A DNA stretch of 64,000 nucleotides from an uncultured Actinomycetes bacterium (lineage in GTDB: Bacteria; Actinomycetota; Thermoleophilia; Solirubrobacterales; 70-9), in contig CAWIYC010000003.1 of the NCBI GenBank assembly GCA_963840235.1, positions 456,927 through 520,926 on the forward strand, given 5' to 3'. The notes below the pieces were generated by a model. The model worked only from the letters and a program-made list of their open reading frames with translations. It was not told the DNA's origin and made no database searches. This document shows positions 43,941 to 53,812 of the stretch, piece by piece. Made by a program: the position numbers and the translations under genes. Numbering within the stretch: position 1 is the first letter of the stretch; the number at the start of each line of letters is the position of its first letter.

Positions 43941-46531
43941 TCAGGGACCGGTGAAGCCGCCCGAGTAGCAGGGAACTGCGCCGCAGACGTCGGTGACGGC
44001 GCCGTTGGGCGCGAGGAAGTCGGAGATCATGTGCAGCCCCGTGGGTGCACCCCTCGGCGCGCCGTGCGGGTCCTCCCCGCCGCGGTTCGGCGTGTTCGTC
44101 CACGGCGGCGGCGGCACCCCGATCGATGTCGGCGGCGGCGCGGGGTTGGCGCGCTCGGGCCCGATGTCGAAGTAGATCACGGCCGAGCCGTCGTACGGGT
44201 AGGAGGCGATGGCGGGGACGTTCCAGAGGACGTCGGTGTCGGGCCAGCGGCCCGGATCCAGGATCGGCGTGTGCGTGCGGGCTCCGATCGTGCGCGCCTC
44301 GACGTCGGCCTGGAAGTTGGACACCTGGTGATCGCCGAGGGCGACGCTGAGCAGCACCTTGTGCGCCGGGGTGTTGGGCAGTGGGTCGTCGGTCATCCGG
44401 TGGGCATAGCCGTTGGGCTCACCGCGGTCCCAGAGCATCTGGATCAGGCTCTGGAACAGCGGGTGGGAAAGATCGTCCGGGTAGGCGGCCTCGACGAAGG
44501 GGATGAACTCGTCGTAGTCGACCGAGCGCGAGAGCAGCACCGAGTAGTTCATCGCCCCGCACGTTCAGCGCCGCCCGGGTGAAGTCGGGCGAGACGGCGG
44601 TCAGCGCCCCTCCCATGATCCCGCCCTGGCTGGAGCCGTCGTAGTACAGCGCCGAGGGATCGATCACGCCGCGGCTGGCCAGGGTCGCGTCGTCGGCATG
44701 GAAGTGGACGTTGCTGAGGAACCCCCCCTGGGCCGCGGTGGTGTCCATCAGCCGCCCCAGGAAGAGCTCGTTGAGAAGCCCCTGCTGGAGGCGGTCGGCG
44801 AGCTCGGGGAAGTTGGAGAGGTCGGACAGGATGTGGGTCGCGGTGTTGATCACGTCGGCGCCGGACATGCCGATCTCATCGGTCGCGCAGAGGACGAAGT
44901 CGAAGTGCTGTGACAGCTCGTGCTGGATGTCGGCCCCGTAAACTTCCCCGGCGCTCCCGAACAACCCGTGCCCGTAGACCGCGGGGCGTCCCGGAGCGGC
45001 GCCGACGTCGTCCGTTGCGGAGTGCGGGATGACGCAGTCGAAGTTGGCGCTCCAGTCGCCGTTTCGCATCGGCAAGCCGTCCGCGTCGAGCTTGAACCGC
45101 CCTCCGGGAGCGCAGCTGGGGAACAGGTAGCAGGGGACCGTGTAGGTGCCCTTGACCCGGCGGGCGACGCCGGGCTTGGGGTCGACGTCGACGGAGTTGA
45201 CGCTGAATGCCGGCGCAGTCCCGCTGACCACGCCGTCGGCGAGGTCGGTGTCGCCAAGCTGCGCGAAGGCGTCGTCGCGGATATGGAGCATTCGCGCGGC
45301 GATGTTCTCGTCGGAGGCGACGGTGAAGTCCCAGGCGAGGTAGAGGTTGGCGCGATCGATCCCGGCCTTGCGCAGCGTCGAGAAGATCCTCTCGAAGCGC
45401 TTGCGCTGCTTGTTGATCGCGCCCTTGGACGAGGGCAGGTCGTCGCGGTAGTAGCGGAAGCCCTCGGGGGCGGCGATCGTCTCCCCCGCGGAGTCCTTGA
45501 GGTCCTCGCAGGGCGACGATGTAGCGGTGCTTGGCATCGAAGTTCTTGGCCGGGTGGATCAGAAGCGCCGTGTCATCGGCGCTCGACGCGTTGGAGTCGA
45601 TCTCGACCCAGATCGGCCAGCGCTTGCCAGTGCTTCGCGTCGATCACGACGACCGGTGCGTCTCTTGGCCTCGCAAAGCGGCCGAGGTGGTTGATCGGCA
45701 CGGCATCGGTTTGACCAGCGCCGTCGGGTTGTCGAGGCCCGGGACCCGCAGCACGATCGGCTGGCCCGGGCTGAAGCCGTCGTTGAGGTCGTAGGGCACG
45801 GCGTCGACGTGGACGTTGGAGACGTTGGCGGGCATCGCCGCCGTCTGCAGGTTGACCCGCCGGCCCGTCGACGTGCGAGAGTCGGCGACCGTGTAGAAGT
45901 CGTCGGGGAACGGCAGCAGGCACATCGAGCCGCTCTGCTGACCGATGAAGTCGCACTGCGAGGCCCGCGAGAGGTCGATCGGCCTCGGCTTGCAGGCAGC
46001 CGTCTGGCGGATCAGCGTCCACTGAGCCCGAGTCCGAGCCGCGTGCCGTGTGGGCGACGATCGCACGGGCCTCGGCGATCAACGTACGAGCCCTGGCAAC
46101 CTTGGACTTCCGCCCGGCCGGTAGCGGTAAGGGGTAGTTCGACGCACTCGCACGCCGCCGCCCCGGAAGACGGCCCGGCGCTGCTTCGTCAAGGGTTCTG
46201 GGGGGTCGTGCCAGTCGTCGAAGGTCCTGGAGCGCCCCTTGAGGAGAACGCTCGACCGGACGCCCCTCGAGATCTGCGCCACCGTCACCTTCGCCCTCAG
46301 CGCATTTGCGTCGAGGATCGCCGTCTGTCCGGCTCCGAGGATCTTCACCTTCGGCTTCACGGCCATCGCCGGCGTGGTCCCGAATGCCAGGCCTCCGGCG
46401 GCTAGGGTGACGATCGCCAGGGCCCACTGGGCCCCCGGCATCCAGCCGGTGAGGCGCAGGCAGCGCGTGCCGCACTTCGGGCAACGACGCAGGAACCTCT
46501 GCTCCCCTGCGCCGCAGTGGCGGCAGTGCAC
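43941..46531 (-). pseudogene. Frameshifted tandem paralogue of the 41264-43918 gene
   Basis: Four track ORFs (46079-46531, 45644-46066, 44419-45537, 43941-44552), plus a fifth frame, together reconstruct a colinear homologue. Shared blocks include LLPFPDDFYTV / LFPYPNDYYT, AWDFTVAS, GHGLFG, DGSSQGG, and WDRGEPNGYAHRMTDDPLPNTPAHKVL. Frame breaks lie near 46130, 46035, 45712, 45636, 45509 and 44555. Confidence 0.78.
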
Positions 46532-46587
46532 CTTGCGGGCACTATCCCTGGCACGGGCGAGAGCCTAACCTGCGGCGGCCTTCGCCG

Positions 46588-46998
46588 CTAGAGCCAGTCG
46601 TCGGGGCCGAACGGCTTGCCCGGAATGCCGCCCAGCGCCAGCAGGGTCACTCCCTGGGCCCCGGTGACGATCTTGCGGGCCTCCCCCGGTCCCACCCTGG
46701 CGAAGATCCCGGGCTCGAGCTTGAACTCCTCCCCGCCGACCTGGAGCGTCGCCGTACCCTCGAGAGCGGTGTAGACCTCCTCCTGGTCGAGCTGCTCGGG
46801 GCGCTTCTGGAACATCCGACCGCCGATCCCTTCGGGCGAGTGGTCGTGCTCCGGGTAGGCGTCGTTGTCGGGCGGGATCCGGATCACCTGGATCCCGAAG
46901 GAGCTGGCGCCGAGCCCGGCCCGGGCGGTGTGCATGCTCATGCCCTTGTAGCTCATCGAGTCGAAGTCCTCGATCCGCTTCACCGTGACGTCCGCCAT
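46588..46998 (-). CDS. Cupin-domain protein
   Basis: 136 aa. YPEHDHSPEG ... EVYTALEGTATLQVGGEEFKLEPG shows the two-motif cupin pattern. Confidence 0.8.
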   Translation of the reverse strand: MADVTVKRIEDFDSMSYKGMSMHTARAGLGASSFGIQVIRIPPDNDAYPEHDHSPEGIGGRMFQKRPEQLDQEEVYTALEGTATLQVGGEEFKLEPGIFARVGPGEARKIVTGAQGVTLLALGGIPGKPFGPDDWL

Positions 46999-47016
46999 TG
47001 CGTCAGGCTACCGCCG

Positions 47017-48093
47017 ATGCCCGAGAGGCCGCGCCCCACCGACTCGAAAGAGTGGAGGTTCCGCCAGCCCGCCGTGCCGGCGCTGCGGCGCGGAGCGCTT
47101 AACGCGGTGCCGGTGGGGATCCTGATCGCATTCGAGCTGGCGACCGACTCCAAGTTGGCAGGAGCGATTTCCACCGGGGCGTTGCTGATCGGATTCGTCG
47201 CCTTCGAGGCCCCGGCCCGGATCCGTTTCCTCTGGCAGTTGCTGACGGCCCCGCTGGTCGGGGCGGCGGCCGCCCTCGGCGTGCTCACGACCGAGCCCGC
47301 CGCGCTCGCCGTCGCAGCGATGTTCGTGGTCGCGAGCGCCGGCGGCTATTGCGTCGCGGTCTCGATGCGACTCGCGATCGCGGCGATGACCGTCGTCCTC
47401 GCCCTGCTGATCGCCCAGGGGCAGTTCATCCCGGTCAGCGACGCTCCTGCGGCCTTCCTGCTGGCTACCGCCGGCGGCTTTGGGCAATCGTTTGCGGCGC
47501 TGCTTGCCTGGGCTCTCTGGGACCGCGAGGCCGAGCCCTTCGACCTGCGCCGCGGGGCGCGCGCGGCGAGCAGGGTCTTCGCCGCCAACCTGACGCTTCG
47601 GTCCCCGAGCATGCGCCACGCCCTGCGCTGGGGCGGCGCCCTCGCGATCGGAGTCGCGGTCTACCGGGCGCTCGACTTACACGATCACGGGTTCTGGATT
47701 CCGCTGACGACCCTGTTCGTGCTCAAGCCCGACCCAAACCAGACCGTTGAGCGGATCCTGATGCGTGCCGCCGGCACCGCGGCGGGTCTCGTCCTCGCGA
47801 CCGCCTTCGCCGAGGCCTTCCTCAATGATGCGGTCCCGGTGGCCATCGTCCTCTCCGCCTCCGCCGCCCTCTGCTACGCCTTCCTGGCGATCGAGTACGC
47901 CCTCTTCACCACAGCGATCACCATCTACATGGTCCTGCTCGCCGACAGCCTCGGCGACCCGGCCTTCCAGGCAGCCGGCGAGCGCGGCATCGGCACCGCC
48001 ACCGGAATCCTGATCGCGGCGCTGGCGATCCTCTCCTGGCCCGAGCGCGGCTCGGTGGAGCCGATCCGCCCGCACGCTCCGGCGCCCGGCTGA
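47017..48093 (+). CDS. FUSC-family (aromatic acid exporter-like) membrane protein
   Basis: Multi-TM protein. FWIPLTTLFVLKPDPNQTVERILMRAAGTAAG is typical of fusaric-acid-resistance-like proteins. The ATG at 47017 avoids overlap with the cupin gene. Confidence 0.75.
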   Translation: MPERPRPTDSKEWRFRQPAVPALRRGALNAVPVGILIAFELATDSKLAGAISTGALLIGFVAFEAPARIRFLWQLLTAPLVGAAAALGVLTTEPAALAVAAMFVVASAGGYCVAVSMRLAIAAMTVVLALLIAQGQFIPVSDAPAAFLLATAGGFGQSFAALLAWALWDREAEPFDLRRGARAASRVFAANLTLRSPSMRHALRWGGALAIGVAVYRALDLHDHGFWIPLTTLFVLKPDPNQTVERILMRAAGTAAGLVLATAFAEAFLNDAVPVAIVLSASAALCYAFLAIEYALFTTAITIYMVLLADSLGDPAFQAAGERGIGTATGILIAALAILSWPERGSVEPIRPHAPAPG

Positions 48094-48100
48094 CGAGGGG

Positions 48101-48457
48101 CTACTGCTTCTTCCAACCGCCGCCGAACAGCCGCGAAAGGCGGCCACCGCCGACGTTCGGCCGGAAAGTCCCCTGGCCCTCCTCGGGCGGGGGAAGCGCC
48201 GCCGCCCGACCGGCGTCGATCGAGAGCGTGACCCCGCCGCTGGCGGTGCGCGCCACCTCTGGGGCGTCGGCGAAGCGAGGCTCGCCGCCACTGTCGCGGA
48301 AAACGACGCCGTCGAAGATGTGCTCCCTGTAGTTGTCGAGAACCCGCTCGACCCTGCCCACCTCGACTCCGTCGGAGCTGTAGACGGGGGTGCCCCGTTT
48401 GACCGCCGTGTAGTGGATCGCTTCGCCGTCGTCGATCACCCTGCAAAGGTTATTCAT
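48101..48457 (-). CDS. Hypothetical protein (PRC-barrel-like)
   Basis: 118 aa. GTPVYSSDGVEVGRVERVL resembles PRC-barrel N-termini. The assignment is weak. Confidence 0.55.
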   Translation of the reverse strand: MNNLCRVIDDGEAIHYTAVKRGTPVYSSDGVEVGRVERVLDNYREHIFDGVVFRDSGGEPRFADAPEVARTASGGVTLSIDAGRAAALPPPEEGQGTFRPNVGGGRLSRLFGGGWKKQ

Positions 48458-49307
48458 CAGCTAGTCGCTCCGCGACCTCAGTGCCCGCGCAGAAGGCCGC
48501 GATCTCGCGCGAGAGCTTGCCGCCCTGCCATGCCAGCGGCGACTCCCCCTCCCCCTCGCTGACGAGCGTCGAGTTCGGGAGCCGCTCCGCGTAGGCCTCG
48601 GCCACCGTGTGGGGATGGCCCGGGTCGGCGACGTCGTGGCTGGCGACCACCAGGGCCGGTGTCTCCAGCGTCTCCAACTCGCTCATTGTCTCGAACGGGC
48701 GCGAGCGCGGGACCTCCCGCAGGGCCTGCGCCAGCGCCTCTGGGTGGTGGTGAAGCGAGATCCGCTCGCGGGTGATCCGCAGGACGGTCTCGCGCCAGGC
48801 CGGGTCGATCCCGGCCGCCTCGATGCGCTCGACGAAGCCCTCCACCCCGCCTTGCTCGAGACCATCGGCGAGGCCATCCCAGTAGGGCAACGCCTCCTCG
48901 GGCACGGCGCCGCTGTAGACCGGGCCGACGATCACCAGGCCTGCAACGCGTTCGGGGCGCTCGAGCGCGTAGGCGACCGCGGTGTGGGCCCCCATCGAAT
49001 GCCCGCCGAGGACGAATGGACCCTCCTTCACGGTTTCGTCCAGGACGGCCCCCAGGTCGGCGACGAGCTCCGGGTATCCATAACCCGATCCCCTGGGGGC
49101 GGGGTCCGATTCCCCGTGAGCGCGGGCGTCGTAGACGATCAACAGGTGGCCGCGGCGGGCCAGCAGCTTGGAGCCGTGGACGACGTAGCGACGGGTCGCC
49201 GTGATCCCGTGGCAAAGCACCACCGCCGGCCCCTCCCCCGAGCGCTCCCCGCGCAATGTCAGTCCCGCGCCGGGGGCGCTGACCGGGGTCGGCTCGACCG
49301 GGTTCAA
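48450..49307 (-). CDS. Alpha/beta hydrolase
   Basis: VVLCHGI and the GGHSMGA nucleophile elbow. 285 aa. Confidence 0.85.
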   Translation of the reverse strand: MNPVEPTPVSAPGAGLTLRGERSGEGPAVVLCHGITATRRYVVHGSKLLARRGHLLIVYDARAHGESDPAPRGSGYGYPELVADLGAVLDETVKEGPFVLGGHSMGAHTAVAYALERPERVAGLVIVGPVYSGAVPEEALPYWDGLADGLEQGGVEGFVERIEAAGIDPAWRETVLRITRERISLHHHPEALAQALREVPRSRPFETMSELETLETPALVVASHDVADPGHPHTVAEAYAERLPNSTLVSEGEGESPLAWQGGKLSREIAAFCAGTEVAERLADE

Positions 49308-50092
49308 CCCGGCCCCAGCGCGGCCGGCAGGTCGGCGATCGAGTCGATCGTCGCGGTCGGGGCGATGCCGCTGGCGGCGACGAAGTCCTGCCGGTACTTG
49401 CCGGTGCGAACGAGCACCGCCCGCAGGCCGGCGTCGAGCGCGCCACCGATGTCCGACTCGACGTCGTCACCGACCATCGCCACCCCGGCCGCCCCCCGCC
49501 CGAGGTCGGAGAGAACCGAGCCGAAGAAGCCCGCGGAGGGCTTGCCGACGACGAAGGCCTCCTTTCCGCTCGCGTACTCGACCGCGGCGACGAAGGGGCC
49601 GGCGTCGAGCGAGAGTCCGTCGGCCGTCAGCCAGTAGCGGTTCTTCTGCAGCGCGATCAGCTCCGCCCCGTCCATCACCAGCCGGAAGGCACGGTTGAGA
49701 ATGGTGAAGCCGAACTGCTCGCCGAGGTCGCCCATGATCACTGCGTCCACGTCCGCTGTCGCCTCCTCGAGACCCTCGAAGTCGGCCTTGACCGCGTCGT
49801 TCATGATCAGCGCGACCCGGCGGTGGCCGGCCTGCTCGCAGTGCCGCCGGGCCAGCCGGGCGGGGGTCGCCAGCTCAGCGGGCTCGACCGCGAATCCGAG
49901 CTGCTCGAGCTTCTCCAGCGTCTGCCCGCGGGAGCGGGCGGTGGTGTTGGTCACGAACCGCAGCGTGAGACCCAGCCCCCGCAGGCTCTCGACCGCGGCG
50001 GCCGCACCCGGGACCGCCTCCCCCTCGACGTAGAGGACCCCGTCGAGGTCGAGCAGCAGCGCGCCTAGCCCTTCGAGGCCGCCGGCCGCCAT
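49304..50092 (-). CDS. HAD-IIA family hydrolase
   Basis: LLLDLDGVLY (DxD motif), FVTNTT, and MVGDDVESDIGGA. The alternative start is at 50143. Confidence 0.85.
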   Translation of the reverse strand: MAAGGLEGLGALLLDLDGVLYVEGEAVPGAAAAVESLRGLGLTLRFVTNTTARSRGQTLEKLEQLGFAVEPAELATPARLARRHCEQAGHRRVALIMNDAVKADFEGLEEATADVDAVIMGDLGEQFGFTILNRAFRLVMDGAELIALQKNRYWLTADGLSLDAGPFVAAVEYASGKEAFVVGKPSAGFFGSVLSDLGRGAAGVAMVGDDVESDIGGALDAGLRAVLVRTGKYRQDFVAASGIAPTATIDSIADLPAALGPG

Positions 50093-50148
50093 CAGGACGC
50101 CGCCGCCACAGCCTGCTCGCCCATCGCTACCTTCGGCATCCAATCGCC

Positions 50149-50814
50149 CTAACGCTTCTCGATCGTGACCTTCTCGATCAGGACCGTCTGCTTCGGCTGC
50201 TCGCTGGCTGTGCCGAGGGTGCCGATCCGCTTGACCACGTCGAAGCCCCCGCTCACCCGCCCGACGAGGGCGTACTCCGGTGGCAGGCCGGCGTCGGCAC
50301 CGATGACGATGAAGAACTGGCTCCCGGAGCGCCCCGGCGGCTCTGCCGACGTCTTCGCCATCGCCACCACGCCCCGGGTGTAGGCGAGGTTCGCCGGCGG
50401 CTTCTCATCGACGCTGTAGCCGGGGCCACCGGTGCCGGTTCCGTTCGGGTCGCCGCCCTGGATCACAAAGCCGGGCGAGATCCGGTGGAAGGTCAGTTCG
50501 TCGTAGAAACCCCGCCTGGAGAGGTAGGCGAAGGAGTTGGTGGTGACCGGCGCCCGCCCGGTGTCGAGGGCGATCTCGAAGGTGCCGCAGTTGGTCTCCA
50601 TCACCGCAGTCAGCTTCTCACCCGGCTTCACCGTCTGCGGCGGCGCCTTGAGGCTTACGGTCTTGGGGTCCGGCTTATCGACCCGCCGGCACCCGTTCGA
50701 GCTCACCTTCTCATCCGAGCCGCCGCCGGATCCGCCGCGGACCACGAGGATCACCCCGACCAGTACCGCTACTGCGGCCAGCGCGACGATCAGAGTTATC
50801 CGCCTGTCCTGCAC
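50149..50814 (-). CDS. Membrane-anchored cyclophilin-type peptidyl-prolyl isomerase
   Basis: FHRISPGFVIQGGDPNGTGTGGPGY and GSQFFIV, with an N-terminal TM segment. Confidence 0.92.
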   Translation of the reverse strand: MQDRRITLIVALAAVAVLVGVILVVRGGSGGGSDEKVSSNGCRRVDKPDPKTVSLKAPPQTVKPGEKLTAVMETNCGTFEIALDTGRAPVTTNSFAYLSRRGFYDELTFHRISPGFVIQGGDPNGTGTGGPGYSVDEKPPANLAYTRGVVAMAKTSAEPPGRSGSQFFIVIGADAGLPPEYALVGRVSGGFDVVKRIGTLGTASEQPKQTVLIEKVTIEKR

Positions 50815-50852
50815 AGGGCGGCCAAGCCTAGAGGGTTGCGATCATCTGCCCC

Positions 50853-51518
50853 GTGGCTTCCGTTCGCTCCGATCCCCCCTCCCGCGACCGCCTGCTCGGT
50901 CGCGCGCTCAACAACATCGTGGCGAGGGCTCCGTGGCTGTGGCCGCTGTTGCGGGGACGGATGCGTCGCTTCTTCTCCGAGCGCGCCGCCGGTTGGGACG
51001 AGCGCACCGGAGCGGGCAGCCTCGAGCACCTGGCTCCCCTGGCGGCGGCCGTTCTGGAAGTCTCGCCCTCTCCCGAGCGCGTCCTCGACGTCGGCTGTGG
51101 GACCGGAGCCGGGACGCTGTTCCTCGCCCGCGAGTTCCCCCAGGCGCGGATCCGCGGAATCGACATCTCGGAGGAGATGATCGAGCGGGCGATCGCCAAG
51201 ATCGGCCTCGACCCCGAGGGACGGGTCGCATTCCGGGTCGGCGACGCCGCCGCCCTCCCCTACGCCGACGAGTCATTCGACCTCGTGACCCAGCTCAACA
51301 TGCCGCCGTTCTTCGATGAGCTGGCGCGGATGCTGCGGCCCGGGGGGTTTGTCATCATCGCCGCCAGTTGGGGCGACGCCACCCCCTTCTACACGCCCGA
51401 GAAGCTCCTTGCATGGAAATTCCGCCAGCGCGGTGTGGAGCCTGTCGCCGGCGGCGAGGCCGGCTCGGGGACCTTCTTCGTCGGCCGCCGCGAGCTCAGC
51501 GCCCCCGCCGGCGTTTAG
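50853..51518 (+). CDS. Class I SAM-dependent methyltransferase
   Basis: VLDVGCGTGAGT (motif I) and LRPGGFVIIA. Confidence 0.85.
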   Translation: MASVRSDPPSRDRLLGRALNNIVARAPWLWPLLRGRMRRFFSERAAGWDERTGAGSLEHLAPLAAAVLEVSPSPERVLDVGCGTGAGTLFLAREFPQARIRGIDISEEMIERAIAKIGLDPEGRVAFRVGDAAALPYADESFDLVTQLNMPPFFDELARMLRPGGFVIIAASWGDATPFYTPEKLLAWKFRQRGVEPVAGGEAGSGTFFVGRRELSAPAGV

Positions 51519-51530
51519 GCTCCTGCCCCG

Positions 51531-52427
51531 ATGGAGATGGAGTCGATGCCCCTGGCGCTGATCGTCAACCCGTCCGCGGGCCGCGGCAGGACCAAGGACC
51601 TGCTGCCCAGGGTCGAGAAGGCCCTGGACGAGCGGCACATGGCCTTTCGGGTCGAGAGGACGCGCGACCGCGAGCACGCGGTCGATGAGATCCTCCGGGC
51701 CGCCGAGGGGGGAGAGGTCCCGGTGATCATGAGCGGAGACGGACTGATCGGCCTCGCCGGGGGAATCCTTGCCGGATCGGAAGTCCCGCTCGGGATCATC
51801 CCCGGGGGTCGCGGCAACGACTTCGCTCGCGTCCTCGGGATACCGACCGAACCGGAGGAGGCGGTCGAAGTGCTCGCCGGCGGGGAGATTCGCCAGGTCG
51901 ACGTCGGCGAGGCCAACGGCCAGCGCTTCCTCTGCATTGCCAGCGTCGGCTTCGACTCGGAGGCCAACCGGATCGCCAATGAGTCGAAGCTGTTCAAGGG
52001 AAACCTCGTCTACGCCTACGCGGCGCTGCGGGCGCTGATCAGCTGGAAGCCGGCACGGTTCACGGTCAAGGTCGGCGAGGAGCGCATGCGCTTCACCGGC
52101 TACACGGTGGCCGTTGCCAACACCAAGGCCTACGGCGGAGGCATGCTGGTTGCCCCCGACGCAGACCCTGCCGACGGCGAGTTTGACGTCGTCCTCGTCG
52201 GCGAGGTCGGCAAGTTCCGCTTCCTGAGTAACCTGCCGAAGGTGTTCAAGGGGACGCACGTCGACCGCGAGGAGGTAAGGGTCTTCCGCGCTCCCTTCCT
52301 CGACCTCGAGGCGAGCCGGCCGTTCGCCGTCTATGCCGACGGCGAGCACATCACCGACACGCCGGTCTCCCTGCGCCTGCTGCCGCGCGCCCTCGGCGTG
52401 ATCGTGCCGCCGCAGCCCGCGGCTTGA
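51531..52427 (+). CDS. Diacylglycerol-kinase-family lipid kinase (YegS/DagK-like)
   Basis: LIVNPSAGRG, SGDGLIG, PLGIIPGGRGNDFAR and ANTKAYGGGM. Confidence 0.88.
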   Translation: MEMESMPLALIVNPSAGRGRTKDLLPRVEKALDERHMAFRVERTRDREHAVDEILRAAEGGEVPVIMSGDGLIGLAGGILAGSEVPLGIIPGGRGNDFARVLGIPTEPEEAVEVLAGGEIRQVDVGEANGQRFLCIASVGFDSEANRIANESKLFKGNLVYAYAALRALISWKPARFTVKVGEERMRFTGYTVAVANTKAYGGGMLVAPDADPADGEFDVVLVGEVGKFRFLSNLPKVFKGTHVDREEVRVFRAPFLDLEASRPFAVYADGEHITDTPVSLRLLPRALGVIVPPQPAA

Positions 52428-53812
52428 GCGGCTCGGGCGGCGCCGTCTTCGGCGCCAAGGCCGCGCTGGCGCGAGCTATCGGCGCCGCCAGCCGTGCCAG
52501 CGGCCGCGGCGGGGGCACAACCCTCCCCGGCAGGGTCCTGCTGAGAATCGAGCCCGACGCGATAAACCGCCTCGGCTCCCGGCTGGCCGCCGGCTCGACG
52601 ATCGTCAGCGCCACAAACGGCAAGACGACGACGGCGGGCATGATCGCCGCGATCCTCGCCGCGGCGGATCGGAGGCCCGTCCACAATCGGGCTGGCTCGA
52701 ACATGACCTGGGGGGTGGCGACGGCGCTGCTCGAGCAACGGGGGGACGAGGGCCTGTTCGAGGTGGATGAGGCCTGGCTGCCACGCGTGGCGGAGCAGCT
52801 GGACCCGACCCTGATCGTCCTCGGCAACCTCTTCCGAGATCAGCTCGACCGCTACGGCGAGCTCGAGACGCTCGCCGACGAGTGGGCGGCCCTGGTCGAG
52901 CGCCGGGCGGGGACGACGGGCTTTGCCCTCAACGCTGACGACCCCCTGATCGCCGACCTCGGCCGCGACCGCGCCGGGCGCCCGCGGCCGGCGGTCACCT
53001 ACTTCGGCGTCAACGACCCCTCACAGGCCCTGCCCGAGCTCCAGCACGCTCACGACGCCAAGCACTGCCGCCGCTGCGGGCACCCATATGTCTACGAGCG
53101 CGCCTTCATCGGCCACCTCGGCCACTACTCCTGCTCCAATTGCGGCGCCCGGCGGCCCGACCCCGAGGTCGCCGCGACCTCGATAGAGCTGCGCGGTATG
53201 AGCGGCTCCTCGTCCACGATCATGACCCCCGCGGGCGAGATGCGGCTGCAGTTGCCGCTGCCCGGCCTCTACAACGTCTACAACGCCCTGGCGGCGATCG
53301 CCGCCGGCCTGCGGATGGGGCTGGAGCTGTCCACCATCGGCGCGGCCCTCGCCGATGTACGGGCCGCCTTCGGGCGGGTCGAGACGATCGCCGTCGCCGG
53401 GGTCCCGGTCTCGATCCTGCTGATCAAGAACCCGGCGGGCACGAACGAGGTCCTGCGGACGCTGCGCCTGGAGGCTGCCGGGGCGGGCCTCGACCTCTGG
53501 GTCGCGCTCAACGACAACACCGCGGACGGCCACGACGTCTCCTGGGTGTGGGACGCCGACTTCGAGTTGCTGGAGGGATCGGTCCGCCGTGTCGTCTGCG
53601 CCGGCACACGGGCCCCGGAGATGGCGCTGCGGCTGAAGTACGCGGGGATCGATCCGGCCAGGATCGAGGTCGAGCCGCAGGTCGCATCCTCGCTCGACCG
53701 CGCTGTCGCCGGCTCCGAGGGGCGCCTGTTCGCCCTGCCGACCTACACTGCGCTGCTGGAGCTGCGAAGGCTGCTGGCCGAACGCGGCCTGGCGAAGGAG
53801 TTCTGGGAGTGA
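52424..53812 (+). CDS. murT: Lipid II isoglutaminyl synthase, Mur-ligase subunit MurT
   Basis: SATNGKTTTAGM P-loop, the MurT-specific zinc ribbon CRRCGHPYVYERAFIGHLGHYSCSNCG, and a C-terminal DUF1727-like part (LLIKNPAGTNEVL...DGHDVSWVWD). The TTG start overlaps the upstream stop. Confidence 0.9.
   Translation: MSGSGGAVFGAKAALARAIGAASRASGRGGGTTLPGRVLLRIEPDAINRLGSRLAAGSTIVSATNGKTTTAGMIAAILAAADRRPVHNRAGSNMTWGVATALLEQRGDEGLFEVDEAWLPRVAEQLDPTLIVLGNLFRDQLDRYGELETLADEWAALVERRAGTTGFALNADDPLIADLGRDRAGRPRPAVTYFGVNDPSQALPELQHAHDAKHCRRCGHPYVYERAFIGHLGHYSCSNCGARRPDPEVAATSIELRGMSGSSSTIMTPAGEMRLQLPLPGLYNVYNALAAIAAGLRMGLELSTIGAALADVRAAFGRVETIAVAGVPVSILLIKNPAGTNEVLRTLRLEAAGAGLDLWVALNDNTADGHDVSWVWDADFELLEGSVRRVVCAGTRAPEMALRLKYAGIDPARIEVEPQVASSLDRAVAGSEGRLFALPTYTALLELRRLLAERGLAKEFWE

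Noticed and set aside
41255-43954. An 899-aa plus-strand ORF, together with other very long alternative-frame ORFs elsewhere (5077-6990 minus, 3463-5394 plus, 17049 upstream part, 20935-22416 plus, 61878-63626 plus).
   Set aside because: Each lies fully opposite to, or out of frame with, a gene that has clear family motifs. Their products are low-complexity R/G/D/V/P strings.
43941-46531. The idea that the frame breaks in the hydrolase paralogue are sequencing or assembly errors.
   Set aside because: This is not fully excluded. However, about six independent breaks are concentrated in one gene while roughly 65 other genes in the window read through cleanly, which favours a true pseudogene. 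It is flagged for read-level verification.
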